From an uncultured Clostridia bacterium (lineage in GTDB: Bacteria; Bacillota; Clostridia; Christensenellales; UBA1242), in contig CAKVHZ010000001.1 in NCBI GenBank assembly GCA_934754445.1, positions 8,469-72,468 on the forward strand: a DNA stretch of 64,000 nt. The letters run 5' to 3'. Made by a program: the position numbers and the translations under genes. The notes below the pieces were generated by a model. It was not told the origin of the DNA. It worked only from the letters and a program-made list of their open reading frames with translations, and did no database searches. Positions 58,801 through 64,000 of this stretch are shown here, piece by piece (within the stretch, counting starts at the first letter, position 1; each line of letters begins with the position of its first letter).

Positions 58801-61800
58801 AACAATTCAAAATATATACTTTGAAGATCCTTATGTTACAAATGTTGATACTACTAAGGGTGTAACAAGTAATTTATATGTTGGTGTAGTTTCTGGGGCA
58901 AATGCCGGAACAATTCAAAACATATTAATTAATGCTTATAGCGCAACATCATTTATAAATTTAGATTATAAAGATATGGAAGGCACTGATGAAGGGAATA
59001 CACGATATGTTAATATAGGTGTAATTACGGGTGCAAACATCTTGGGCAAAATTACAAAATGTGAAGTTATAAATTTAAGTTCATCAAATGCAATACAATA
59101 TGATTTTAAATTGACTGGTGGAACTACTGATAGACCACATAATGTTAAGGTTTATACTGGTGGCATTGTAGGTAAAAATTATATTGGCGCAACTGTTGAA
59201 AATAATATATTTATGGGTTGTATTAAGGGTAATCTTGTAAATTCTTCACTTTACTTTGCATCTTTAACTGGAGCATTAAGTGGAACAAGTGGTTTACTTG
59301 GTTGGCTTGGTTCTAAGTTGCCCGATGTAGTAAAGACTGCGTTATTTACTGCACTATACTCTGAAACATCGCATTATCTTGGTTTAATAGTGGGTGCAAA
59401 TGAAGGAACACTAGGGCAAAACTATGGATTTAATTGTGATACTGACACTAAAAAAGACTTAGTAAAAAAGAAACTATTAAATTTCTCAACTTCAAATCCG
59501 GGTAAAACTATTAGTATTGGTAAAGAATTTTCTGCTATGGAAGTGAATGTTAATCGAAGTATGATTGTAATGGGATTGTCACCATTAATGGGTGTTGCGA
59601 CGAAAAAGGCAATCACTTCAATTGTAGGTGTTTTCAGTAAAGCCGCTGCTAATAGTATTGGTAAAGGTGGACCAATTACGACTATTGTGGTAATGGCACT
59701 AACTCTTGTTCAGGAAGGTGCGGGAATGATTAGAAATAATAATTCACTTCATATAAATAGAAATGCACACGGAGTATGCAAATATCCAACAGGTATGAGT
59801 TTATCTGATGTAACAAACTCTCCATATTGTAGTTCTTTATTCTCTAGTGATATTTTAGATGGAACAAACTACATTTTTATGACAAGTAAGAGCACGAATA
59901 CGTTAAATCAAAAGGAAATTCCTATCTTAACAGATTTCTTAAATATAAGCAAAAAAACTGAAAACAAAATTTTGACCCCTATTAATGGAAATTATTATGT
60001 AAAAACTATAGAAGAATTTGCTAAAGCAATAACAACATTAAATGGCAAAAACATTATATTAATGGATAACATTGATATGACAAAAGTTGTTTGGGATTAT
60101 GCTAATGGCTCTATAAAAACAAATAATATAACAACTAATGGATTTAAAGTTGTATATAATTTGAATACTACCTTTAAAGATGAATATGAAACTAAGTATG
60201 GAACTTGTGATTACTTAATCGCAAAATCAGATAATGCAAATGAATATGGTAAATTTAATAAATTCAAAATTTCTTCTAATGAAGCAAGTTATAATGAATT
60301 CAATGAAAGATTTAGATCAGCATTTAAAACAGATTATGAAAAGGAACATGGAAATACTCTCGGTTTCGAAAAAGCATATAACGATTATGTTGATAATGGC
60401 GAGTATCCTATTAGATGTGTTGAACAACTATATGTAATTGGAGAAAGTTTATATTCTTACATTAAAGATGATAGATTTCATAAGGGTATAAATTTTAAAG
60501 GTAAAAAATTTGTATTAGTTAAAAACCTAAATTTAGATGGCGCTTTACAAGACAGCATAACCAAAAAGGAGAGTGGCGACTACGCAAATTATCTTCTAGG
60601 TAAAGTTACCGATTATAACAAATTTGCAGGCATAGATAACATTTATCCACAAAGTATGGTAAATAATGTGGAAGGGGAAATTTATGTTTACAATGTAGAA
60701 ACTAAAGACTATGACTGGGTAAAACCTGAAGATATAGATAATTTTGATAACTACAAAATTGTTTATGGAGATGCTTCAAATCGAATTGTATTTACTGGTA
60801 AAACACAATTTGATGCTGAATTTGATGGAAAAGGAAAAACATTAACAGTATCTAACCATTTATTCGCTGAACTTGGTAGTAGTGCGAACTTACACAATTT
60901 AACATTAAATGTAAAAGGTAATAATATCGTAACAGGGATGACAAGTTTTGGATATGTTGCCGATGATAACTATGGAATAATTAAAAATGTAACATTAAAT
61001 GTAATGACAAATGCAGTTAGTTTAGTAGGAGCAACTCCAATTGAAGCAATCTATTACACGACAAATTACCATAAAGCATATACAGATGGTGAAAAATCTT
61101 ATAGGAATACTGCTTATAGTGATATTTCTTTACAAATGGGTTTGGTTGCTGGTTATAATAGTGGAAATATTGATACTTGCGATATTAAATTTAGTTCTAA
61201 TGTATTCAATTTTAATTACAATGCAAAATATGTTAGAAATGCTGAAACCGACTTTGAATTTGTTAACGGTGAAGAAATAGAAAAAATTAATAGTGCAGAA
61301 TTTGATTATATTGTTAGTGTAGATATTAACCAAGGTATAGTTTCTGGTGACAACTATGGCAACATAAATAGTATTAATTTAAGCAATGTAATATTAAACA
61401 TGGAAACAGAAGTAACGAGTGACGGTTTTAAAGAAAACGATAAAATTGCAACAAATTATAACTACGGAATTATTTCGGGTTCATCTACTTATGGTGGAGA
61501 AAAGCAAAAACAATTAACAAATATTTTCATTAAAGATACTATATTAAATATTAATACAAAAAATGATGCTAACGGACAAATAAATAGTGGTTTGATTTGT
61601 GGCTATAGTTCTAGTTCGTGTGAAGATATAATTTTAATTAACAATTTAATCCAGTTAACAAATATAGTTAAATATTCTGCTACGGGACAATTGTTTGGTA
61701 TATTATCACCAATGGTAAAAATAGATTCTAAAACTCCTGAATTTGATGATGAAACTGGCGAACTAAAAGATTCACGAACTATTGTTAAATATTATAACGA

Positions 61801-62596
61801 CCCTGAAATTTCAAAAGTATTAATTTCTTCATCATCTAGTGAGAGAAATAAATTTGTTGGAAAAACTTATAGTATTAGTTATGAAGAACAAACATACAAA
61901 GGCGAGACTTATTATGAGATTAAACGTAAGACAGATAAAGATGAAAGAAGTTTAGGTGGTGTAGAAGAAAAACCTACATTTACAATTCTTGGTAAAACAA
62001 GTGATTACTTTAATAAAAACTTGTTTACAAAAGAAGAATATAAAATAAATGTTAATAGTGTTGCTAAAATTGGCGAAAACAATATTACGGGTGTTTCTTA
62101 CTCTAGTGGAATAAGTGGTATTAATGGTAAAATTAAATTAACTTTATCTGACAATAGGGGAAATACTATTGAATTCTCAAAAACTAATGGTTCAACAATT
62201 TATTATACTTCAGGAACTGGTAGCATTTATTCTAGACTTGGAAAATCTAGAATAATAACTATAACTGGAATGGACATTCCTTATGAAAATGAGTTAAGTT
62301 ATAGCGGAGACAATTACTATATTAATGTTGGTAATTTAAAATTATTTGTTAATGTTACTATTTCGGCAAATTCAATTACTACTGGTAATGAATTCACTAT
62401 AACTAAAACTTGCAGTGTTTTAAGTGGAGAAATGAAAATTAATGCTAATGAAACATGGGAAAGTTTAATTGGTAGATTACCAGAAGACTTCTCATTAGAT
62501 TTGGCAGAAGATATTGACAAAACTAGTGAAGCGGAAAGCGGAGATTACACTCTTGTTTATAACGGAATTGAAATTCCTATAAAATTAACAAAATAA
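43841..62596 (+). CDS. Giant (6,251 aa) surface lipoprotein with Ig-like N-terminal domains and many GLUG-motif beta-helix modules
   Basis: AGGAG SD and an ATG at 43841. Signal peptide with lipobox FFGC. The frame is uninterrupted for 18,756 nt. There are dozens of GG[LIF][VIA]G...N[SC][YF] repeats. Confidence 0.9.
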   Translation: MKIKKLATILFVTLLSFMGVFFGCKPNYNNFSIEVNGENTINLSTKEIGDLKTEAYVQINIKNAPNDACRNISTQVSKGNIITISKVENNNKDIAVFKIKALENISSYDPSCEVTFKSAEGNKTCRLKVNVIIPVTNITKNDAYSPYVVAGDLDENGQANKYYIDTASLITFSPSNTTQRDIVYSLVDETLKDRYDIVVLENGAISVGKVFDESNVAVPTSIKINAKSKSDETKSFDFDVRVLRAISYDDFEISYRYDTIDAEEQKFSGEDDLIEGADNSTTINTLIKNGISLASNKDSQRNVEFNISMLAQSGLSFDEIEVEFKNNTLNNALIEYLSTNDIKTIKNYKIYSTNSGNDVLVVKLKYKGIYDYAKTVEIPISVKEYPISLMVNASDKDVYNIFDFYENSVKGEEFNVVVSKLGAYDRTFKIVIPEDQFNLVDIRYNNKLLDYETLTNLTFDSGSSIFIKAKEVLSVIDFDLMPKISFVSSSLFVDGNLPNDILTTEEGKKLSKTITLNLLPGVKTLEYDGVFLEEKDCYYLQSKNNQIVIDYVINKEFVPELSSVINIEFLQGENLIKSIENRIDNVNNKLQFVLTSGEDLGQVVFYLTSQNGLKTKQKKIQIYNYYDESLEQFSLKLESNNLKQSKIGEDTKYYLGLAEGKNFANIKVENPQNATIYDVVIESSNESAIKPTILNKENLTFNLFALNESVDPVKITVKILVYSANDVVNNTMLQSEIVLEFEVNTYYPITAVEVKQESVTVVDGMSLDIDSKNKKLNVLDVENLIDIQRNGDIYAGLKVEYIFPTNFIEFKNFTYNYNAIDNQSYALEEKEGSPFKKIIFFAGKSHKFVNNEYSFRLTIKIYDLEGGEGLAPITLNIVLKNQVQVDNIEILNDDGFVYLQDTDVYGQILTKVSSKTGEKVTNSSLTYEIVENNNSVNLDNEAGVLTIKAPGVTKVKISANSSKYNEDDEFAVYRYVYVIVADGSKNYPYILNANDVTITNGKYYTLKEDVVLNNQIDASINQGGIYGQFAYYEYSNKKANSTYNLIYKGLNSSIFASNETSFDFKNINIVIESSILNVNDDFGLISKVNKGIIEKVNLTISSLDISGNSSKLGLMFAENEGDIINSSVSGSVIINIPNVSFGGLVSENNGTIKGSYNFLNKTNNEYNANLTIVDKNNSNIVAGLVATNNGEITNIKVNAVIKSNANVLAGLIGSIETTDKNYENLYFTGSLNNSLASSILGGIIGQVLYNNSFELLSVNFIENVNNSNYMISGSVVGGLVGEIKDSSIKFSYVTSFVNNQNLNGQVVGGLVGKSLGNLNLQAVYSNVSLTGEKLGALVGTSENIVISDAYSKSTGANSLVNETTNASVNETYSVSQQKVVENGTFTGSNNYTVSNYLETLNNSLFSDGNFFVISTDYNNGLPYLVYNKNGNYKKLLTIEALKLNANFVIGSGNFGNHLYGTDKNLIVIEENNNIYNKAVIFYQNNLEYNLDDFINITSEPSDANISDLVRILSSNENIIKIADGKVKIVGTGNVIITIQSKTNRDVKTEVYINVINKITNFNLDYNNMIVDGDNYNFNISKSNTKLFGYNISNKTNNMGIYFGFSNNPVNSLLINNEKVVNNSAFITNDLVVYAGRDVFNSNVKVAPFYSLDFNGTKINLIENDLILNNLIINVLEGATSISVSNTSITVTEKEEAEFDVFVTPTSLLGDLEFEYTDDLGSILDTPSVTLISNDSGYLVYNVKVNAKAVNIVEEKIGQLKVWHNTNKDLYSYVNIIVRSSKLKSVELNHYGSKVTKYDDYNSIITKATTPNTEIVTGNTGVLNINLYPSYANITKVEIYSSVNNGNYILFNQLAYNNDDKLVVVDNRGNIKYGLSLDVAKSRLNAGKFSFDGNLYVSTLLSSNVIENTVFTVTVVCYTLSGETLTSSIELTAKPLTSVILTNANGSKDFYLAKGGELRLKVNKVNLTEDAISTISYEYDNRIISITPEDDELVVSTGILTPRNTQVTITPKFITYINGQRIEAKSNSITITIVDFVVNEIYVEDSEDGVLNNNLGNSTLLKAKINAEIADVTKLTSDQEKLEYSNILLKIATLEELISKDNLTWNLITQNNSGTLIYNNLKENGIYTNFKVGINEDGYYYVVGKVISNNNMALRANISYEKGLVTLKSSSNNEFVTGFALVVKTYSSLDNPLPITSKEEFLNMQEGQDYILLNDITLDAEFSGISVNVSSFDGNNKIINLQGFTILDASVQNLGLFNTVGEDSVIKNVTVNILPSVFYIGTDSKYGLRVNAQELTSLNFGLISGTNNGVITNCKVVNNNSRIVNKNNIYKNITIYVNTSESVDVKIGGVVGVNNGYITNSSFGSRNKNSITINSIAEIGGFVCINNKKIASSSVKNITIYNNAKSKLTGGFVCENNNGSSIITSFVEGYLEGSRDEVTEYIKDGGIFANGYVGGFATINSGNIKDSYSNIVISTNKRSAGFVYNNTNGYVETCYSASKSAKSTQSYRGFVGNNEENITLDNAGIKYCYFLGDRNENAGEDEYSEHANQIVDLVKAEYLEGFIYDNSTSTIWSFDGLSLPKLYDAEKQIICERKLLDDNKSSGNTELYEYIYINNNIGTINNPIMVSSTEELLSALTMEENLYSYYYNNKLQKTNINYNHIILVKDIDLSKLIDANNNVVNSDKEVQKLQDIVFAGNFNGNGMTIENITITAKNNTNYTSFGLFKQIGIENIYNTNGKLYNNKLDEDNCSVIKNLNLSIVNISATLTKSVGTLSGEVINSKLYNISVTGGTNVVVTGANMVGGIAGRISGNSYAKGISSSLSVKATYDNKTSNYDYNVNKTKNIYRNANSNIVLNDNDNNYRVNIAGGLFGVVDIYKTEVVSLVQSAGTYSYYINGKINRDNDENLTNANIQFARVTDEISISGDIVGGLFGYVESGSKIYDARLVLSANSNQNILARSIAGGIIGKNKGFVSYLTVEHELSVQRQLDALKQEEYKDGHLFSSIDNKAIYVGGLIGVIENGRIENSYSKANIIAKNSMYVGSIVGNFIDSKMNFVYAVSYLEAQDKEETTSGVITKNAGYAGLIGRISSFSGGSLGNISSVIRNTNTDSIKYNLAGLIGYNLQESVRFIDSEFVNNINGEENKTPAYYGKAISFTQDVNKEYNDFVVGTNTFRNYVNSDNWIINKAQGDVFYRLTYNKKGAVRAIKTEEDLKNLLASGGELQNDIYLTTPWNPISSFSGILTSAERPVEDREKIGPDGEKLGQYYKIFNLNINEKSNNIASNIGLFATTQSANISNITIVVGSNYSHADEFGNIITYNNLGSDRYGIVINNKTLEPKDNINNLGTLSGYDKGSRFTNVTVNFVSHNISGENKIVNPIETNLTHVGGLVGTSSESTFENITIRNLKITKLDFNENAFVGGLAGLLTDIKEIRGLVIENIALGDENVGKIINNQKAGYNYIGGVAGRIINNYDLAIIGQNIDDSEEPSLIKLTKVKLESDGGEMVFAGMMSGEVAKANIKNVIIEDSSISATTTNKDLSLFSIGGLIGSSTNCEINNVNIKSNNKIEAETGDNTNFILNAGGLIGQSFSGEITNINISAQLNVSTKNTNVTSVGGLIGRNGTSGDLLEASDRTGSIVKNATVKTYIKVSGAIGSKDKNFVYIGGIIGYNYKTEIGNSIFLGYIKPLVSMSNYVGAIIGANIDNSGLINNASQFEDTVDNQIKVYAIEDLNSINKRNIDFGTFISYDNFIKDINKYLPIKVNNVDDILADEEIDSISGETIIYKQGSVYNPYILDNTSLIEDADTGLYVINNDDNYVHFVLNEDLSLDKTIKELNGIIIGNGYKLIEQSTLFGKINNNAMISSVSVVLENKEININNTDYTKNVTSIISNENNGLIYNLVTSGNIYYEYDNETTLLSDLASAVVTNNGFINLVTSSSQILINKNCDDDSSESNLVSGFVAKNTGAIFNSIAVGNIQNYQKVLNANKINTFLANLCGFTSNNESFIVNSISAVAIPDKGETRVENSNYAFGKPETSYVYNCYVDIYTNGDYNFDEIKANYIKMNEIENNIRNIKVEGEPEPTTNESSNIWVEGDVAVLFGYTYPRISIYEINDIKNILSTKDGEYYLINNFGVLQNTINKLQENEHITRVKIKQVASFRAKGYRFYKNDAGNYTYELSSKFEAISIIKPLDFNGNNQIISDLVVTSAVEIEEIDEKITGIYGLFYENTLLAKKPSINIENLAVVNLNILTTDKYDSIYAGLVAKTNGELTITNCYVSGTIDNETFVDAKTGEESKVKNGEVYVGGYAGYMNSSTLSKITNSVSEVNTALSYFKAKYTINEDGKTTEKTGYDGYVGGIVGFANNANINNNISLGNVSCSTVISLEMGGIVGAINKGEIFGNISLSKVAYKGAYFGYYNSVGSDLIYNVNAIVGFKGSATLSNNIYNSLTSLVGDKYINSEKELMSLVGLNFEIASNEFTTKDERKLIENLNFEVVTATNFVVESNKFYIVNLGENTEVTINYAEDKGNPIKNIKNTTIIFRKNCNVKVTENIFDKLENCTISNLTIKATDIVNTATLAKEIINSNLVNINIDNIYATRTSSENNGLLVDKAENSIISNVKVNYGRMEVVNNTSARVNSGAIVGYIKNSLISESENSATVTASFNCEADAGKTYYTAGIVGQMTSSYLFKCTNNGLVYAKNMAENSANMGTSGLTNSIGDSNYVSFCQNNSSVKGVNDSAKQENCSNAVTGITLNATTLYSINNGNIINVSKITDSRNNVATSISTGTIYYCYNNASVASSAKTYLLTQSTAYYSYSVGGGYATNGIDLTGNSNNFASYNLDGICKDIEDISEGKTYWYAKIINSSFDLIASSDDIANTKIILPIIRLIDGTKRNSPLKTNASGDTYQISTAYELWYWNRFVCGTEDDKDVELTCDIDMTGYSCKNTGLAFTKTFDGQYHTITSLTIKNQTDINHEDINGAEISYLSFIAINSGTIQNIYFEDPYVTNVDTTKGVTSNLYVGVVSGANAGTIQNILINAYSATSFINLDYKDMEGTDEGNTRYVNIGVITGANILGKITKCEVINLSSSNAIQYDFKLTGGTTDRPHNVKVYTGGIVGKNYIGATVENNIFMGCIKGNLVNSSLYFASLTGALSGTSGLLGWLGSKLPDVVKTALFTALYSETSHYLGLIVGANEGTLGQNYGFNCDTDTKKDLVKKKLLNFSTSNPGKTISIGKEFSAMEVNVNRSMIVMGLSPLMGVATKKAITSIVGVFSKAAANSIGKGGPITTIVVMALTLVQEGAGMIRNNNSLHINRNAHGVCKYPTGMSLSDVTNSPYCSSLFSSDILDGTNYIFMTSKSTNTLNQKEIPILTDFLNISKKTENKILTPINGNYYVKTIEEFAKAITTLNGKNIILMDNIDMTKVVWDYANGSIKTNNITTNGFKVVYNLNTTFKDEYETKYGTCDYLIAKSDNANEYGKFNKFKISSNEASYNEFNERFRSAFKTDYEKEHGNTLGFEKAYNDYVDNGEYPIRCVEQLYVIGESLYSYIKDDRFHKGINFKGKKFVLVKNLNLDGALQDSITKKESGDYANYLLGKVTDYNKFAGIDNIYPQSMVNNVEGEIYVYNVETKDYDWVKPEDIDNFDNYKIVYGDASNRIVFTGKTQFDAEFDGKGKTLTVSNHLFAELGSSANLHNLTLNVKGNNIVTGMTSFGYVADDNYGIIKNVTLNVMTNAVSLVGATPIEAIYYTTNYHKAYTDGEKSYRNTAYSDISLQMGLVAGYNSGNIDTCDIKFSSNVFNFNYNAKYVRNAETDFEFVNGEEIEKINSAEFDYIVSVDINQGIVSGDNYGNINSINLSNVILNMETEVTSDGFKENDKIATNYNYGIISGSSTYGGEKQKQLTNIFIKDTILNINTKNDANGQINSGLICGYSSSSCEDIILINNLIQLTNIVKYSATGQLFGILSPMVKIDSKTPEFDDETGELKDSRTIVKYYNDPEISKVLISSSSSERNKFVGKTYSISYEEQTYKGETYYEIKRKTDKDERSLGGVEEKPTFTILGKTSDYFNKNLFTKEEYKINVNSVAKIGENNITGVSYSSGISGINGKIKLTLSDNRGNTIEFSKTNGSTIYYTSGTGSIYSRLGKSRIITITGMDIPYENELSYSGDNYYINVGNLKLFVNVTISANSITTGNEFTITKTCSVLSGEMKINANETWESLIGRLPEDFSLDLAEDIDKTSEAESGDYTLVYNGIEIPIKLTK

Positions 62597-62758
62597 CTTA
62601 ATAAAATCCACTAGCGATTATGCTAGTGGAAAAGATTAAGTTAAAAAATATAAAAAGATGAAAATTAAGGACCAATGTTTAACAAAATATGTTAAACTAT
62701 AATTAACAATAAATTTAAAGCGAATTTTTAAGTAATTTTTGAAGATTAGGGGATTAAT

Positions 62759-64000
62759 ATGAAACTAAAAAAATGTTTATTATTCTTAATAACAATTTTA
62801 ATAGGCTGTAGCGGTCTGCTTTTTGGGTGTAATGACAAACCTTTAAAATTGAGTATTTATTATAAAGAAGAAGTGGTAGAAGATATTACTCTTAATCTTC
62901 CAACTAAATTAACTGATTTAGACAAAGAAGAAACTTTGGACAATTTGGGCAAAAGCGTAAATATTTATGTTCATGCCGAAAATGTTAACGATATGTTTAA
63001 AAGTGGTTTATTTGTTAACTACAATAAAAATATTGTTAAAGTAGATTATGTAAAAAATTATGAAAATGCTTATGAATATAAAGTAACAGCATTAAAACCA
63101 GAAAATACAGTAGTTACTTTTGAAACAAAAGATAAAAAGATTTCAACAAAATTAAATATTAATATTTTAGAAGATTGTGAAAAAATAGAAAGTAATGTTC
63201 AAACTGCAAATTACATAGTTTTAGGAGAAGACAAAGTTTTATCTAACACCATGCTAACTTTTACTCCTACAACTACAACCAATAAAGAAATTACATATAG
63301 TTTTAGTAATAATGTAAATTATGAAGGTATTACTTTAGAAGATGGAATTATTAAATTTATTGATAAAACAAATCCTCAAATAACTTTAAATGGCGAAAAA
63401 GTAGATAAAATTGCAATAACTTGCACTCATAAAAATTATGAAGAAGCAATAGAAGAAGATAAAAACAATTACATAGTAGAAAATATTTTATTCGATATAA
63501 TTACACCAATTAACGAATTAGTAGCATTAAAAAACAATACGCCTATAAGTGAGTTGGAATTTGCATCTAATGTTCCTAATTTTGATGTTTTAAACTTTGC
63601 TTCTTTAGACATTAAACAAAAAGTTTTTAGTGGGAGTGAAGATATTGATGATTCTTACGAATTACAATATTATTTAGAAAACGATGATGATTTGGTTATA
63701 GTAGATAATAATAAAAGTGATAATTTTGCTTTAACCGTTTCTCAAAACTTTAGAAGCGGGACGAACACATTAATCATTAAAGCAGTTAGTAAAATTCAAC
63801 CGAGTTATCAATCTAAAGAAATAAGAATTTCAATAATAGTAAAAACTTATCCTACTTATATTTCTGTAAACGGAGAAAAAAATCCAGAAGAAATAGTTTT
63901 ATATGATAATGGACAAAACAAAGAATTAAATGTTGTAGTAGGTATAGAAGGTAGTTATAACACAGATTTTAAAGTAGATATGGGTTTTGATAGTGCCAAC
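62759..64000 (+). CDS. Second large lipoprotein, paralogous to the N-terminus of the giant protein (3' end beyond window)
   Basis: Not in the ORF track because no stop lies in the window. I translated 414 codons by hand with no stop. GGGG SD, MKLKKCLLFLITILIGCSGLLFGC lipobox, and domain order parallel to the giant protein N-terminus. Confidence 0.8.
   Translation, partial: MKLKKCLLFLITILIGCSGLLFGCNDKPLKLSIYYKEEVVEDITLNLPTKLTDLDKEETLDNLGKSVNIYVHAENVNDMFKSGLFVNYNKNIVKVDYVKNYENAYEYKVTALKPENTVVTFETKDKKISTKLNINILEDCEKIESNVQTANYIVLGEDKVLSNTMLTFTPTTTTNKEITYSFSNNVNYEGITLEDGIIKFIDKTNPQITLNGEKVDKIAITCTHKNYEEAIEEDKNNYIVENILFDIITPINELVALKNNTPISELEFASNVPNFDVLNFASLDIKQKVFSGSEDIDDSYELQYYLENDDDLVIVDNNKSDNFALTVSQNFRSGTNTLIIKAVSKIQPSYQSKEIRISIIVKTYPTYISVNGEKNPEEIVLYDNGQNKELNVVVGIEGSYNTDFKVDMGFDSAN

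Noticed and set aside
43841-62596. Many 60-170-aa ORFs antisense to or out of frame within the giant gene (e.g. 46978-47484, 53983-54189, 54265-54612, 60234-60437, 61041-61280).
   Set aside because: They are shadow ORFs created by the repetitive, compositionally biased coding strand. None has an SD or a promoter context, and all lie entirely inside a far longer, coherent reading frame.
1-64000. CRISPR arrays, rRNA genes, IS elements, transposases or integrases.
   Set aside because: I saw no regularly spaced direct repeats of 25-40 nt, no rRNA-like conserved stretches and no ORF with recombinase or transposase motifs. The island therefore cannot be called a mobile element on present evidence.
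1-64000. Alternative genetic code (TGA = Trp), suggested by the Mollicutes-like AT-richness.
   Set aside because: Conserved proteins (SpoIVA, HisS, MinD, HsdR and the 6,251-aa ORF) are intact under code 11 with Trp encoded by TGG. TGA terminates the T5orf172 gene at a sensible C-terminus.

Overview
This is a chromosomal window from a very AT-rich, endospore-forming Bacillota-like genome that uses the standard code: TGA serves as a stop, Trp is TGG, and an 18.8-kb ORF stays open under code 11. Backbone genes recognised from the translations are gatA (5' end cut by the window edge)-gatB, a NahK-type kinase, hisS followed by tRNA-His, asnA, tRNA-Ser, minD-minE-spoIVFA-spoIVFB, spoIVA, rplI, degV, ychF, tRNA-Gln, an M23/SpoIIQ-like peptidase, acpP, spoIIID and a TtcA-like PP-loop ATPase. 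Accessory content falls into five blocks. (i) A ~9-kb island at 13.2-22.4 kb sits directly after spoIVFB. It carries a complete type I R-M system (hsdM-hsdS-hsdR) preceded by a small AbrB-fold gene, a divergent Fic -> T5orf172 operon, a 620-bp ORF-free structured spacer and a sigma-region-2-like ORF. (ii) Next to it is a translationally coupled pair: a 3-TM PycTM-like membrane protein and a 118-aa partner. (iii) There is a phage-like pair of an XRE gene and a frameshifted HeH-motif gene. (iv) A cell-surface block holds an M6-type metalloprotease with tandem Ig-like modules, three divergent TasA/camelysin-like paralogues and an FN3-like lipoprotein. (v) A 6,251-aa GLUG-repeat lipoprotein (29% of the window) is followed by the start of a second paralogous giant lipoprotein. 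Two regulatory oddities stand out: a His-codon mini-ORF plus terminator ahead of hisS where a T-box would be expected, and a recurrent promoter geometry implying leaderless mRNAs. No rRNA, CRISPR array, transposase or integrase was found. All functional calls come from reading the translations and recalling family motifs; no database search was run.
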